Below are positions 29,103 through 37,635 of a stretch of 54,849 nucleotides of DNA, one piece after another. The notes beneath the pieces are model-generated. The model did no database searches, had not been told where the DNA came from, and saw only the letters and a program-made list of their open reading frames with translations. The stretch is from a virus. Lineage: Duplodnaviria > Caudoviricetes. Positions within the stretch are counted from its first letter, which is position 1. Every line of letters begins with the position of its first letter. Position numbers and translations under genes: made by a program. The DNA lies in IMG/VR virus record IMGVR_UViG_3300038675_000850, positions 1-54,849 of that record; one strand, written 5' to 3'.

Positions 29103-29254
29103 TTATTTTCTCTATACTCTTTTAATATTTCAAGTATCTCAATAAGTCTTTTCATATAATGAAAAGATTGAAGTCTGTTAGCCATATCCGTCATATATAT
29201 ATAGTAACGATCGTGGTGTTTATCAAAACTGTTTCCAGCAAAATAAATCAGCAT
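29099..29254 (-). CDS. DpdA N-terminus-like mini-protein A (51 aa)
   Basis: Manual translation MLIYFAGNSFDKHHDRYYIYMTDMANRLQSFHYMKRL...; overlaps the clamp stop codon. Confidence 0.65.
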   Translation of the reverse strand: MLIYFAGNSFDKHHDRYYIYMTDMANRLQSFHYMKRLIEILEILKEYRENK

Positions 29255-30258
29255 AGAGCTACCAGATGCTTGAAGTTTTCCGCGTGAATATGCATTTTAT
29301 TATCATCAAGAATGACCTCAGTCAGAATGCCCAGAACAGCTTTCAGAAAATCAGGATGAACTTCAAACTTCAGATCAGGACACTCTGTAGAGTCAACGGA
29401 AAACTCCATCCATCCTTTCTGATTAGAGCTCCTGCAATAAAGAACTCCCTGTTCAATATTTATCTCCACCTTGATGTCCACATCTATGGAGTCCGAAAAA
29501 ACAGAACAGGCTTCAAGTGCTTCCAGAAGATTGCCTGAAGGCAGTTCAATCTTGACTGCTTCTGGGGAAACCTCAAACATTCCCTCAACATCAGGGAATT
29601 CAGCCTCCACTACCCGGCAGAAAAAGAAGACCCCACTTTTACTCTTGAAATAAATCCAGGAATCGTTAAGAGCAAAATGGGTCACGTCTTTCATCTTGAC
29701 CAGTTCGATTGCAGAAGTAAGTGGAATGAGGATGTCTCTTTTGCTTAAAGGAAGATCCATCGTAAAAAGACTGACTCTGAAGTTATCGGAACTTACAATG
29801 GTATTGCCTTTAATAGCCACGCAATTCAGATATGGAACCGAGGAAGCTTTTGCCACTGAAAAAAGACAATACTCTATTCCTTCAAGAAGAGTTTTTGGAA
29901 TCACTTTCCACTTTATTTCATCAATGTGTTTTATTGGCAATGCTTCCTGGATCTTATTTTCTACAAGACCAATACCTGCCCGGAACTTCTTGTTGACAAG
30001 GGTCATCTCTTTATCAGAACAGTTGACCTCCAGATCATCTGTTTTTGCGTTCTGAAGAGTCTTGGTAAATTCCTGAGCAGGAATACAGCAAGAGAAATCT
30101 GTTTTGTATGGATGAGCTATACTTATTCGATCATTGAAGGTGATCATATAATCACCATCCATCATGATACATGCGGTCTCTTCAATGATCCCTTTGGTGG
30201 AGATCCCAGGACTGACTTTACTTATGATTTCAAGAGTGCTTTTTCTGTCAAGATTCAT
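29248..30258 (-). CDS. DNA polymerase III beta-like sliding clamp
   Basis: SDNFRVS, ILIP, RVVEAEFPDV motifs; size and proximity to clamp loader and polymerase. Confidence 0.75.
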   Translation of the reverse strand: MNLDRKSTLEIISKVSPGISTKGIIEETACIMMDGDYMITFNDRISIAHPYKTDFSCCIPAQEFTKTLQNAKTDDLEVNCSDKEMTLVNKKFRAGIGLVENKIQEALPIKHIDEIKWKVIPKTLLEGIEYCLFSVAKASSVPYLNCVAIKGNTIVSSDNFRVSLFTMDLPLSKRDILIPLTSAIELVKMKDVTHFALNDSWIYFKSKSGVFFFCRVVEAEFPDVEGMFEVSPEAVKIELPSGNLLEALEACSVFSDSIDVDIKVEINIEQGVLYCRSSNQKGWMEFSVDSTECPDLKFEVHPDFLKAVLGILTEVILDDNKMHIHAENFKHLVALC

Positions 30259-30397
30259 TCTTCATGTACTCCTTTAATGTGGTTTTTGTTTCTATTTTTA
30301 TTAAGTAGAAAGATAAAAGCCTTTCTCTCTTTTGACAAAAGTCCAGAGAGGCTTTCTGATTAGCTTCTTGAAGCCAGGTAGCCATGTATATCTTCAT
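30248..30397 (-). CDS. DpdA N-terminus-like mini-protein E (49 aa)
   Basis: Manual translation MKIYMATWLQEANQKASLDFCQKRERLLSFYLIK...; ATGA-coupled to mini-protein D. Confidence 0.65.
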   Translation of the reverse strand: MKIYMATWLQEANQKASLDFCQKRERLLSFYLIKIETKTTLKEYMKNES

Positions 30398-30555
30398 TCT
30401 CGGTCCTCTTTCAGCATTTCCAGAGTATCTTTTAACCAGACATTCACATAATGATATGAGTGAAGCCTATTCCATACTGGCATCATTCTTGCCAACTCCT
30501 GTTCTCTCCCTTTGACATTCATGACAGAGAATCCTGAAGCCAAATACACTATCAT
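30394..30555 (-). CDS. DpdA N-terminus-like mini-protein D (53 aa)
   Basis: Manual translation MIVYLASGFSVMNVKGREQELARMMPVWNRLHSYHYV...; ATGA-coupled to the dpdA stop. Confidence 0.65.
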   Translation of the reverse strand: MIVYLASGFSVMNVKGREQELARMMPVWNRLHSYHYVNVWLKDTLEMLKEDRE

Positions 30556-31442
30556 ATAAGTCCAAGAGAAGTAGCTTTTTTGAGTTTAAAGTTCCAAGGC
30601 CATTTGGGAAGATTGTTCTGGAGATCTATGAAATAGATGATGTTGATTTCATCCCGTTTTTTGTAGTCAGATGAAAGTTCTTCTGGGGTATAACCTTTCT
30701 CTTTGAAATAGTCCAGAATCATTTTCTGTTCCAGGACTGAAAAAGTGTTGAAGTGCTGTCCTTCATCATCTTTCTTGGAGGACTTGTCAGATATATTCAC
30801 TTTGTGAGGAATTTCTGTGTAAGTATATTTACCCATTTTCTTTTTTGGGACCAGAACTCCCCCAAATCTTCCGGTCATTACCCAGCTTGTACTGTCCACA
30901 GAGTACCACGGGTACCTGACCAGTAGAGGAATTGCAGTCAAGCCAAAGCCATGAACCTTGACTTTGGGAGCACCCGAGGAATCACAGATATGATGAAGAA
31001 ACAGATCGTCAAGCCAGACCATCAGATCTTTAGTGGAAATAGGAACCATGCCCCCCAGGGCAATGTAATCATAGTTATCGATATAATGCTTCAGATACTT
31101 CAGATCTTCCCCATAATGAAAGCAGGGAAGAGGAGAAAGTCCTTTTGACTCCATGTACTTTTGATTCTCAAGAGTCTTTTCAGGATCTCCGATGGAGTCA
31201 AGAACAGCATAAACAGAGATATATTCTTCATGCTCTTTTATGAATGCAATGTATTCATCAATATCAATAGAGACTCCTTTGCTCCAAGCGCTGAACGCTC
31301 CAGAGTCAAGAAACAAGTTTATTTTTTTATCCATAGGATTGCTCCTCTTTTTTATAATAGCGTAATATGATTCCAATGAATACTCTTTATGTATCCCATA
31401 AAGAGAAAGACGTTGGATGGTATCGGCCAAATGAATTTTCAC
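30552..31442 (-). CDS. dpdA: DpdA-like (TGT-fold) DNA 7-deazaguanine transglycosylase
   Basis: FLDSGAFS, LDSIGD, PCFHYG, IALGGMV, VHGFG, SVDSTSW; located in the que cluster. Confidence 0.8.
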   Translation of the reverse strand: MKIHLADTIQRLSLYGIHKEYSLESYYAIIKKRSNPMDKKINLFLDSGAFSAWSKGVSIDIDEYIAFIKEHEEYISVYAVLDSIGDPEKTLENQKYMESKGLSPLPCFHYGEDLKYLKHYIDNYDYIALGGMVPISTKDLMVWLDDLFLHHICDSSGAPKVKVHGFGLTAIPLLVRYPWYSVDSTSWVMTGRFGGVLVPKKKMGKYTYTEIPHKVNISDKSSKKDDEGQHFNTFSVLEQKMILDYFKEKGYTPEELSSDYKKRDEINIIYFIDLQNNLPKWPWNFKLKKATSLGLI

Positions 31443-31447
31443 AAAAT

Positions 31448-31654
31448 TTATCTCTTTTTTATCTTGGTAAAAAGACGGGTCATTCTTTTGTAATCAGGGT
31501 CTACAGGATTGGGAGATTTTTCTTCTCCAAAATATCTGAAGTGAAGGGAACCCACTCCTAAACCAAAAATCATAAACTCAGTCCAGAGTTGGTCATGCTC
31601 TGGACCTGAGTTTTCACCATCAGTGATCATTGCCATGGTGAAGTAAATGTTCAC
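31448..31654 (-). CDS. Small hypothetical protein, possibly a divergent DpdA-N mini-protein
   Basis: Starts MNIYF; lies between folE and dpdA. Confidence 0.5.
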   Translation of the reverse strand: MNIYFTMAMITDGENSGPEHDQLWTEFMIFGLGVGSLHFRYFGEEKSPNPVDPDYKRMTRLFTKIKKR

Positions 31655-32517
31655 TTGATCAGCCTCATGAGTTCAGCTCTCGCAGATTCTTTTTCAAGAA
31701 AAGCTCCCTGAAGAGATGAAGTGACCATGATGCTGTTCTGCTTCTGGACCCCTCTCATGAGCATACACAGATGTTGAGCTTCAATAATACAGGCTGCCGC
31801 TTTTGGCTGAAGATATTCCATCAGGCAATCAGTAACCTGTTTGGTGAGGCGTTCCTGGATTTGAAGTCTCCGGGCGTACATTTCTACAATGCGGGCCAGC
31901 TTTGAGATACCAAGAACTTTTTTATCTGGGATGTAAGCAATATGAGCCTTTCCGATGAATGGGAGCATGTGGTGTTCACACATTGAATAGACCTCAATGT
32001 CTTTCAGAAGCACAATCTCATCATATCCATCAGCATCAAAAGTCTTGATGAAGTCTTCTGGCTTCTCATTGTAGCCCTTGTAAAGAGTTCCCCAAGATTT
32101 GACCACTCTCTTGGGGGTCTCTTCCAGACCTTCTCTCGTTGGATCTTCTCCTATGGCTTGAAGAACTCTGGTGACAGCGTCCTCTGCAGGAGCCTCATTG
32201 CTCATAGTCTCCCAAGGAAAGACCACCCAGTCATTTGCTCCATAACACTTTTTATCCCAAACAGCCCAAAAAGTGTATTCAGAAAACCGCTCCCTTGTAG
32301 CTCCTGAGTCTATGATATCATCTACTACAAGAACATCTGAGGGATTTAGTCCTTTAAGAGAGCTGGTCATACGTAAGTTGGCTATTTCTGAAATCATGAT
32401 GGCAATGGGAATTCCTCCACGAGGAACTCCATAAACAAAGATAAAAGAAGACAGATCAGTAGTAGAAATAAACTGAGATACTCTCTCTCTGATTGCTGCC
32501 CAAGATAGATTGATCAT
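31651..32517 (-). CDS. folE: GTP cyclohydrolase I (FolE) fused to an N-terminal type I phosphoribosyltransferase-like domain
   Basis: N-domain [26 protein letters not shown]; C-domain [38 protein letters not shown]. Confidence 0.9.
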   Translation of the reverse strand: MINLSWAAIRERVSQFISTTDLSSFIFVYGVPRGGIPIAIMISEIANLRMTSSLKGLNPSDVLVVDDIIDSGATRERFSEYTFWAVWDKKCYGANDWVVFPWETMSNEAPAEDAVTRVLQAIGEDPTREGLEETPKRVVKSWGTLYKGYNEKPEDFIKTFDADGYDEIVLLKDIEVYSMCEHHMLPFIGKAHIAYIPDKKVLGISKLARIVEMYARRLQIQERLTKQVTDCLMEYLQPKAAACIIEAQHLCMLMRGVQKQNSIMVTSSLQGAFLEKESARAELMRLIK

Positions 32518-33161
32518 TTTGAAACCTCGTACTCTGTGGGATCAAATCCTTCAAGAGCTTCCTTCCTCTCGGTACAGGTGCCACATTTACCGCAGTGAAT
32601 ATCTCCTCCTTTGTAACAGCTCCAAGTTCTTGAAAAATCAACTCCAATGGACATCCCAAGAAGACCAATGTCCCGCTTGGTCATGAAGGTGAAAGGAGCT
32701 TCGAGCTTTACCTGAGAGTAGGTCCCCATGAGCATAGCGTCTTTCATGGCAGAAATAAAAGGAACCCGGCAATCAGGATAGATGGCATGGTCCCCGGCAT
32801 GGTTAGCGATGAGAACTGAAGAGCAATCATTGCTTTCTGCTATCCCCGCAGCAATGGAAAGCATGATACCATTTCTGAAAGGTACCACGGTTTTCTTCAT
32901 GATCTGGTCTTCATAGTGGCCTTCCGGAATCGCTTCCCCCCCTTTAAGAAGTCCAGACTTCAAGTATGGAGTTATTCTTTCCAGATTGATGGATATCCAG
33001 GGAATTCCAAGAGAGTTGCAGTTATCCAAGGCGTAATGCAGTTCTTTATTATGCTTCTGGCCATAATCGAAAGAGACTGCCAGTTTGATCTCTTCTTTTT
33101 TGAGATGGAGGAGGGTGATGGAGTCCATACCCCCGGACACTATGATGAGCTTGTCTTTCAT
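32514..33161 (-). CDS. queC: 7-cyano-7-deazaguanine synthase
   Basis: [35 protein letters not shown]. Confidence 0.95.
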   Translation of the reverse strand: MKDKLIIVSGGMDSITLLHLKKEEIKLAVSFDYGQKHNKELHYALDNCNSLGIPWISINLERITPYLKSGLLKGGEAIPEGHYEDQIMKKTVVPFRNGIMLSIAAGIAESNDCSSVLIANHAGDHAIYPDCRVPFISAMKDAMLMGTYSQVKLEAPFTFMTKRDIGLLGMSIGVDFSRTWSCYKGGDIHCGKCGTCTERKEALEGFDPTEYEVSK

Positions 33162-33676
33162 AGATAAAACTCTCCTTTGTCGTTTACCTTGATGTTCATT
33201 CCTTTTTCTTTGGCCATACGACCAGGGAGCTGAACCTTGATGGTGTTCATCATGGAGGTTTCTTCTTTGTCTGGGAAGTTCTTTCTCAGCTGTGACAGAA
33301 TCTTGTCCCTGGAAACCGGCTTGTATTTTGAACTGGCTCTGATGATGGCCTCAATGGTAGTGATGACTCCGGGTTTTTTTTCTCCTGCTTCTTTCTTGGG
33401 AGCTTTTTTTTCTCCGGTTGATTTCTTGGCTGAAGCGGATGCTTTTGTTTTGGCTCGGATGTCTGCGGGGACATCCATCTCCTGATCGGTCAGAAAGTCC
33501 AGGGTCTTTTGTGAGACCGTGGCTTTGCCTTCAAAGGCTTCCACCACTTCTTTGATCTCTGAAATGATCATGGAGCTTGTGGTCCGGGACACCACCTTGA
33601 TAGCGGGATCCGGGTTGAGTTCTTTGTTGATTTCATCCACTATGCGGATGAGGTCGTCTCTTGTAGGTGCTGACAT
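33158..33676 (-). CDS. Hypothetical basic protein, possibly DNA-binding
   Basis: Lys-rich linker, winged-helix-like C-terminus; embedded in the que cluster. Confidence 0.5.
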   Translation of the reverse strand: MSAPTRDDLIRIVDEINKELNPDPAIKVVSRTTSSMIISEIKEVVEAFEGKATVSQKTLDFLTDQEMDVPADIRAKTKASASAKKSTGEKKAPKKEAGEKKPGVITTIEAIIRASSKYKPVSRDKILSQLRKNFPDKEETSMMNTIKVQLPGRMAKEKGMNIKVNDKGEFYL

Positions 33677-33691
33677 AATTTTCTCCTTTTG

Positions 33692-34336
33692 TTATTTGAT
33701 ATTTAATAGCTTGTGAAGCTGGACATTCACACTTATCAGATTATCTTGAGCCAACTGACATCTGTCAATGAATTCAAGAATATCGTCCACTGAAACTTCT
33801 CCATGCACGGGACTCAGAGCTATTCCAATATTTGGAAAATAAAAAGATATTTCTTTGATGAAGCGTTCCAACTCATTATTAAGTTGATCATGGTCTTCTA
33901 CCATAATTTTTAATATCCCTTTCTCCGTGGCATTTAAAACATTATAATTGTTCGGGAGAGGGGGAGATTGTTTTTTGTAATTCATGATTACGGAGTCTGC
34001 ATTGTTTGCCGTATCAGTAAGGTCCCTGGTTCCATTGGTCTCAATAGAGATGGTATGCCCGTTGTCTCGGAGAATGACAATCAACTCCATTAAATCATCC
34101 TGAAGAAGAGGTTCTCCACCAGTCAAGGTGACTTTCTGGCAATTTAGATCTCCGACGTGTTCTGCCACCGCTTCTGGAGTCATAAACAGACCACTGTCAA
34201 TCGATCTGGATTCTTTAGTGTCACAATAAGGGCAGGCAAGATTGCATCCTGCAAAACGAACGAAGGTGGAAACGACTCCCTGACCAAAAGCATTGACCTC
34301 CCCATCAATGCTTTTGAATATTTCCATGACTCTCAT
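33692..34336 (-). CDS. queE: 7-carboxy-7-deazaguanine synthase (radical SAM)
   Basis: EIFKSIDGE, RFAGCNLACPYCDT, LTGGEP, IETNGT, QLHK. Confidence 0.95.
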   Translation of the reverse strand: MRVMEIFKSIDGEVNAFGQGVVSTFVRFAGCNLACPYCDTKESRSIDSGLFMTPEAVAEHVGDLNCQKVTLTGGEPLLQDDLMELIVILRDNGHTISIETNGTRDLTDTANNADSVIMNYKKQSPPLPNNYNVLNATEKGILKIMVEDHDQLNNELERFIKEISFYFPNIGIALSPVHGEVSVDDILEFIDRCQLAQDNLISVNVQLHKLLNIK

Positions 34337-34734
34337 GAACACCTCCATTCAGCGTAACTGGTACTGGTCTCCCAGAGCCGTACTCTGACAAGTTCGGTAT
34401 TCTTATGACTCCGGAAGAAGAGGTTCACTTGAATTTCTCCGGCAATCCAGTCTACCATATTTTCTGCTGTGGGGGGCACCACAAAGAGATTATTTAGGTA
34501 TTGGTGATCAAACTTGGATATGATGATGTCATTTACCATGGCTTTCAGATCCCCAAAATCTATAACCATACCTGAGGCAAGCTGTTCAGGTGTTTTTTCC
34601 GAAACCTGATCATAAATATACCCAACTTCTACCTCAAGTTTGTAAGTATGTCCATGAAGACTCTTGCATTTGCCGGGGTGATTTGGGAGATGATGAGCGG
34701 CTTCAAACTCAAATAATTTTGTAACGGTTGTCAT
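34333..34734 (-). CDS. queD: 6-carboxytetrahydropterin synthase
   Basis: FEAAHHL, CKSLHGHTY, GMVIDF, DHQYLN, PTAEN, LWET. Confidence 0.95.
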   Translation of the reverse strand: MTTVTKLFEFEAAHHLPNHPGKCKSLHGHTYKLEVEVGYIYDQVSEKTPEQLASGMVIDFGDLKAMVNDIIISKFDHQYLNNLFVVPPTAENMVDWIAGEIQVNLFFRSHKNTELVRVRLWETSTSYAEWRCS

Positions 34735-34750
34735 TTTTTGTTCTCCTTGT

Positions 34751-34778
34751 TTTATATATACCAAAATTTTTAAAAGTG
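34751..34778 (-). promoter_or_regulatory. 28-bp repeated element, copy 2 (putative middle promoter of the que operon)
   Basis: CACTTTTAAAAATTTTGGTATATATAAA on the minus strand, identical to 25399-25426. Confidence 0.6.
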
Positions 34779-34780
34779 CT

Positions 34781-36181
34781 TCAATTTTTTTCTTTTTTGT
34801 GACTCTTTTTTTCTTTCATTCTGCTGTCAAGGTATGCTTTACCAATTCCGTAATTGTACAGAACTTCAAGCTCATGACCATCAAAGAACTCTTCATTACG
34901 GGAAACCAGAACATTCAATCTCATGATTTGGCTTTTCTTTTCCTCCTTTGTTTGATTTAAAGCTATCATGTGGGTGACATGAGCAAGCTTTCTGACATCT
35001 TCTGCTGTATCTTCCTCTTTGACATCGTTTGAAAAAGTACCTCTGCCAGATTGGCTGGCCGTCACCGTGAGACCATGAATTTCCTGGGCCAGATTACGAA
35101 TGGCAAGCCATGTTTCATTTATTCGATGGCGGTACTCTTTTGGACTCCCAGGTTCAGGAGCCAGGATATCCGCATAATCAATGACCACCGCATCCGGATG
35201 AAATCCCTCATAGTGCCTGAGATTTTCAATCTCTGTTTTTATCACAGACACGTTTGCTGAATAAGCTGGATAACAAATGAGCCTGAAGGAACCATTCTTT
35301 ATCGCAAGCTCCATTGATTTCAATTTCCGCATGACTGCTTTGGAGGTCAGACCTTTTTTGTGGACCATTTTGTATTGGATGATATCATCCTCGTCATAGT
35401 ATGGGATGGTAATATCTTTTTCAATCCGCGGTTCTCCAAGAAAATTTTGGTAGATTCTTCTGAGCATTTGGTTTTTTGGCATCTCCATAGAGACAAACAA
35501 AACTTTCAATTGTCGGAACATAAGTCTGACTGCTATGTCTTCAAGCCAGAAAGTTTTTCCTCTCTTCATGGGTCCCATGAAAGAAAGAAAATCTCCCCGC
35601 TCAATAACTCCAATGAGTTCTCCCAGACCTCCAGGAAGCTCCAAGAGAATATCCCTCTCTTCATTCAAGGCATGCATCGCGGCTTTCTTATCCCGGATAA
35701 CATCTACAGATCCTGACTGAGGTCTCTGAACTCTGACATGACTTGCTACTGCTTGTTCTGCTTTATCAATTTGATCAGATACAAGAAGCCCTGATATATT
35801 TTGCGTTAGAAGCTCCAGCTTCCTCATTGAGAAATACTTTTCAGCTACATCAAGAATATACGCGGCATTGATAGTAGTTGATTGTTCAAAGTCAGAAGAC
35901 AGATCAGTCAGAAAATCTTCAATGAGTTCCAGGACATCTTCTGAAATTCTCTTGTTTTCTTTTTGCTCTACAAATATACCTTGAATATGAGATCCGGGAG
36001 CTTTCTTGTATTTTTTGAAATAGAGAATACACCATTTTGCTACAATCCTGACAAATCCGGTTTCAAAATATTTATCATCATGAATGAGATTTATCTGATT
36101 TAAAAAATAATCCGAAACTATATAACCTGTCAAAATCAAACGCTCTGAATCTGCACTCACTTCAGTCCTTTTGATCTCCAT
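34781..36181 (-). CDS. DnaB-like replicative helicase
   Basis: Walker A GPMKRGKT, VSMEM, VIDYAD, TASQ. Confidence 0.9.
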   Translation of the reverse strand: MEIKRTEVSADSERLILTGYIVSDYFLNQINLIHDDKYFETGFVRIVAKWCILYFKKYKKAPGSHIQGIFVEQKENKRISEDVLELIEDFLTDLSSDFEQSTTINAAYILDVAEKYFSMRKLELLTQNISGLLVSDQIDKAEQAVASHVRVQRPQSGSVDVIRDKKAAMHALNEERDILLELPGGLGELIGVIERGDFLSFMGPMKRGKTFWLEDIAVRLMFRQLKVLFVSMEMPKNQMLRRIYQNFLGEPRIEKDITIPYYDEDDIIQYKMVHKKGLTSKAVMRKLKSMELAIKNGSFRLICYPAYSANVSVIKTEIENLRHYEGFHPDAVVIDYADILAPEPGSPKEYRHRINETWLAIRNLAQEIHGLTVTASQSGRGTFSNDVKEEDTAEDVRKLAHVTHMIALNQTKEEKKSQIMRLNVLVSRNEEFFDGHELEVLYNYGIGKAYLDSRMKEKKSHKKEKN

Positions 36182-36192
36182 TGCGATCTCCT

Positions 36193-37482
36193 TTACATTT
36201 CTTGAGCTTTTCTTTTTTCTTTAGCAAGCTCTCTTGCTTTTATATCCGCCTCTATCTTCTGTGACTGGATGTCCACTAACTGAAGTAACCTGGTCACTTC
36301 CTTGTCTTTTTTGGTCAAGGTGAAATTGAAAGAGTGAGTCTCTTTGACAAAATTAAGAAAGCGATTAAAATTGACTCCATCATGTTTGCAATAGGCAATA
36401 TGAAGCTCCCCTTGTTTCTCCAACCACTTGATGTGGTTTTCTGCAAATCTTTTGAAGGTCCCAAAGTGGCTTTTGAATGTGTAGGTATCATAAAGAGGTC
36501 CGATCAGTTCCAATTTATTCTGATACCAGCGATAGAGATCATTGATAACTATAGTAAATTTGTCCATCATCTTTTCAGATGGTCCCAGAATATCTTTGTA
36601 CATCTCAAAGACTTCTTCATCCAGAATTTTGATTTTCTTTTCTTTGGATATTGGTACCGGAGGAAATTTCCAGCAATGAATGAACCAACTGTATTGAGTT
36701 CTGGGATTGTATATAAGCTGATTGAGAGAAGCTGGAACTTGAGATTTATCAGTGGGCCAGTAGCCATCCTTAAAAATATTGGTCATTCTTTCAAGAACCG
36801 TTTTTATTTCAGGCTCAGTCCATTTCTTATTTTTGTCTGCCTGGGAAAGATTCTTTAACTGTTCCAGCTTCAAGGTTCTCATCTTGAAAAATAGGCCCTT
36901 TTGTAATTTCTTTATGTCTTTGATAGTTGCCTGATAAGTTTTGGTTTCTGGATTCAGATGTTTACGGGTTCCCTCAAGGGTATTCCAATATTCAATTATA
37001 GGATGTGTCTTTTTCTTATTTTCTGATTTCTCCAAGGAACCACCGTCAGGTGGTTCTATAATACCCTTTAGGGTATTTATTTCTTTATTCTTATTACCGT
37101 CAAGTTTTTTAACACCTGATGTCAAAAATTTTAACATCAATACATAATTGATTTTGAAATATCTTTGAAGAGGCATGCCATATTTTTTGGTCAAAAGTAT
37201 CCCGGAATTAACCAAAGCTTCTATGGCCATTCTTTGTTGGTAGGGGGATAAACCCATATCAACTTTCATATTTTCCTGGGTGTTAAAGAAATATCCTTCC
37301 TTGTCGAGTTGTCCACGGATTTCAAAATAATTGGCTTTTGAAATCAGATCAGAAAGAATGACCGCGGCTTCAAAACCTAACGACAGACTTATCTGCTTGT
37401 TGACCATCCAGTATGCTTCTTGTCGGAGAGTCTGGTGGACTAATTCTCTTGCCTCTGATTCACTGATCATACTGACCTCCAT
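36193..37482 (-). CDS. Putative replication initiator / origin-binding protein (N-terminal wHTH)
   Basis: YWMVNK..LG.EAAVIL...GYFFNT...GLSPYQQR...GMP..RYFKIN pattern; lies between primase and helicase. Confidence 0.6.
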   Translation of the reverse strand: MEVSMISESEARELVHQTLRQEAYWMVNKQISLSLGFEAAVILSDLISKANYFEIRGQLDKEGYFFNTQENMKVDMGLSPYQQRMAIEALVNSGILLTKKYGMPLQRYFKINYVLMLKFLTSGVKKLDGNKNKEINTLKGIIEPPDGGSLEKSENKKKTHPIIEYWNTLEGTRKHLNPETKTYQATIKDIKKLQKGLFFKMRTLKLEQLKNLSQADKNKKWTEPEIKTVLERMTNIFKDGYWPTDKSQVPASLNQLIYNPRTQYSWFIHCWKFPPVPISKEKKIKILDEEVFEMYKDILGPSEKMMDKFTIVINDLYRWYQNKLELIGPLYDTYTFKSHFGTFKRFAENHIKWLEKQGELHIAYCKHDGVNFNRFLNFVKETHSFNFTLTKKDKEVTRLLQLVDIQSQKIEADIKARELAKEKRKAQEM

Positions 37483-37513
37483 TTTATATATCTGTGATCT
37501 CCGGTAAAAGGGA

Positions 37514-37561
37514 GGTCCACCCCATCACTCTATTGGTAGAGCGGTAGGAATGGGGTGGACC
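37514..37561. promoter_or_regulatory. Stable hairpin in the leader of the initiator gene
   Basis: 12-bp perfect inverted repeat GGTCCACCCCAT/ATGGGGTGGACC with an inner CTCTA-ttgg-TAGAG stem. Confidence 0.55.
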
Positions 37562-37635
37562 GGAACGATTTTACGTGTTGATTGGAGATCAAACAAAATT
37601 ATTAAATAATATAATTTAGTAATGTCTACTCTTTT

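Noticed and set aside
9659-34734. Sugar pathway used to glycosylate the 7-deazaguanine base
   Set aside because: No QueF or other enzyme giving an acceptor amine or hydroxyl is visible, Maf enzymes act on proteins, and the two clusters are about 12 kb apart; not excluded but unsupported
37514-37561. tRNA or tRNA fragment (TGGTAGAGCG D-loop-like string)
   Set aside because: No T-loop (GTTCRA) and no cloverleaf; it is a simple long hairpin
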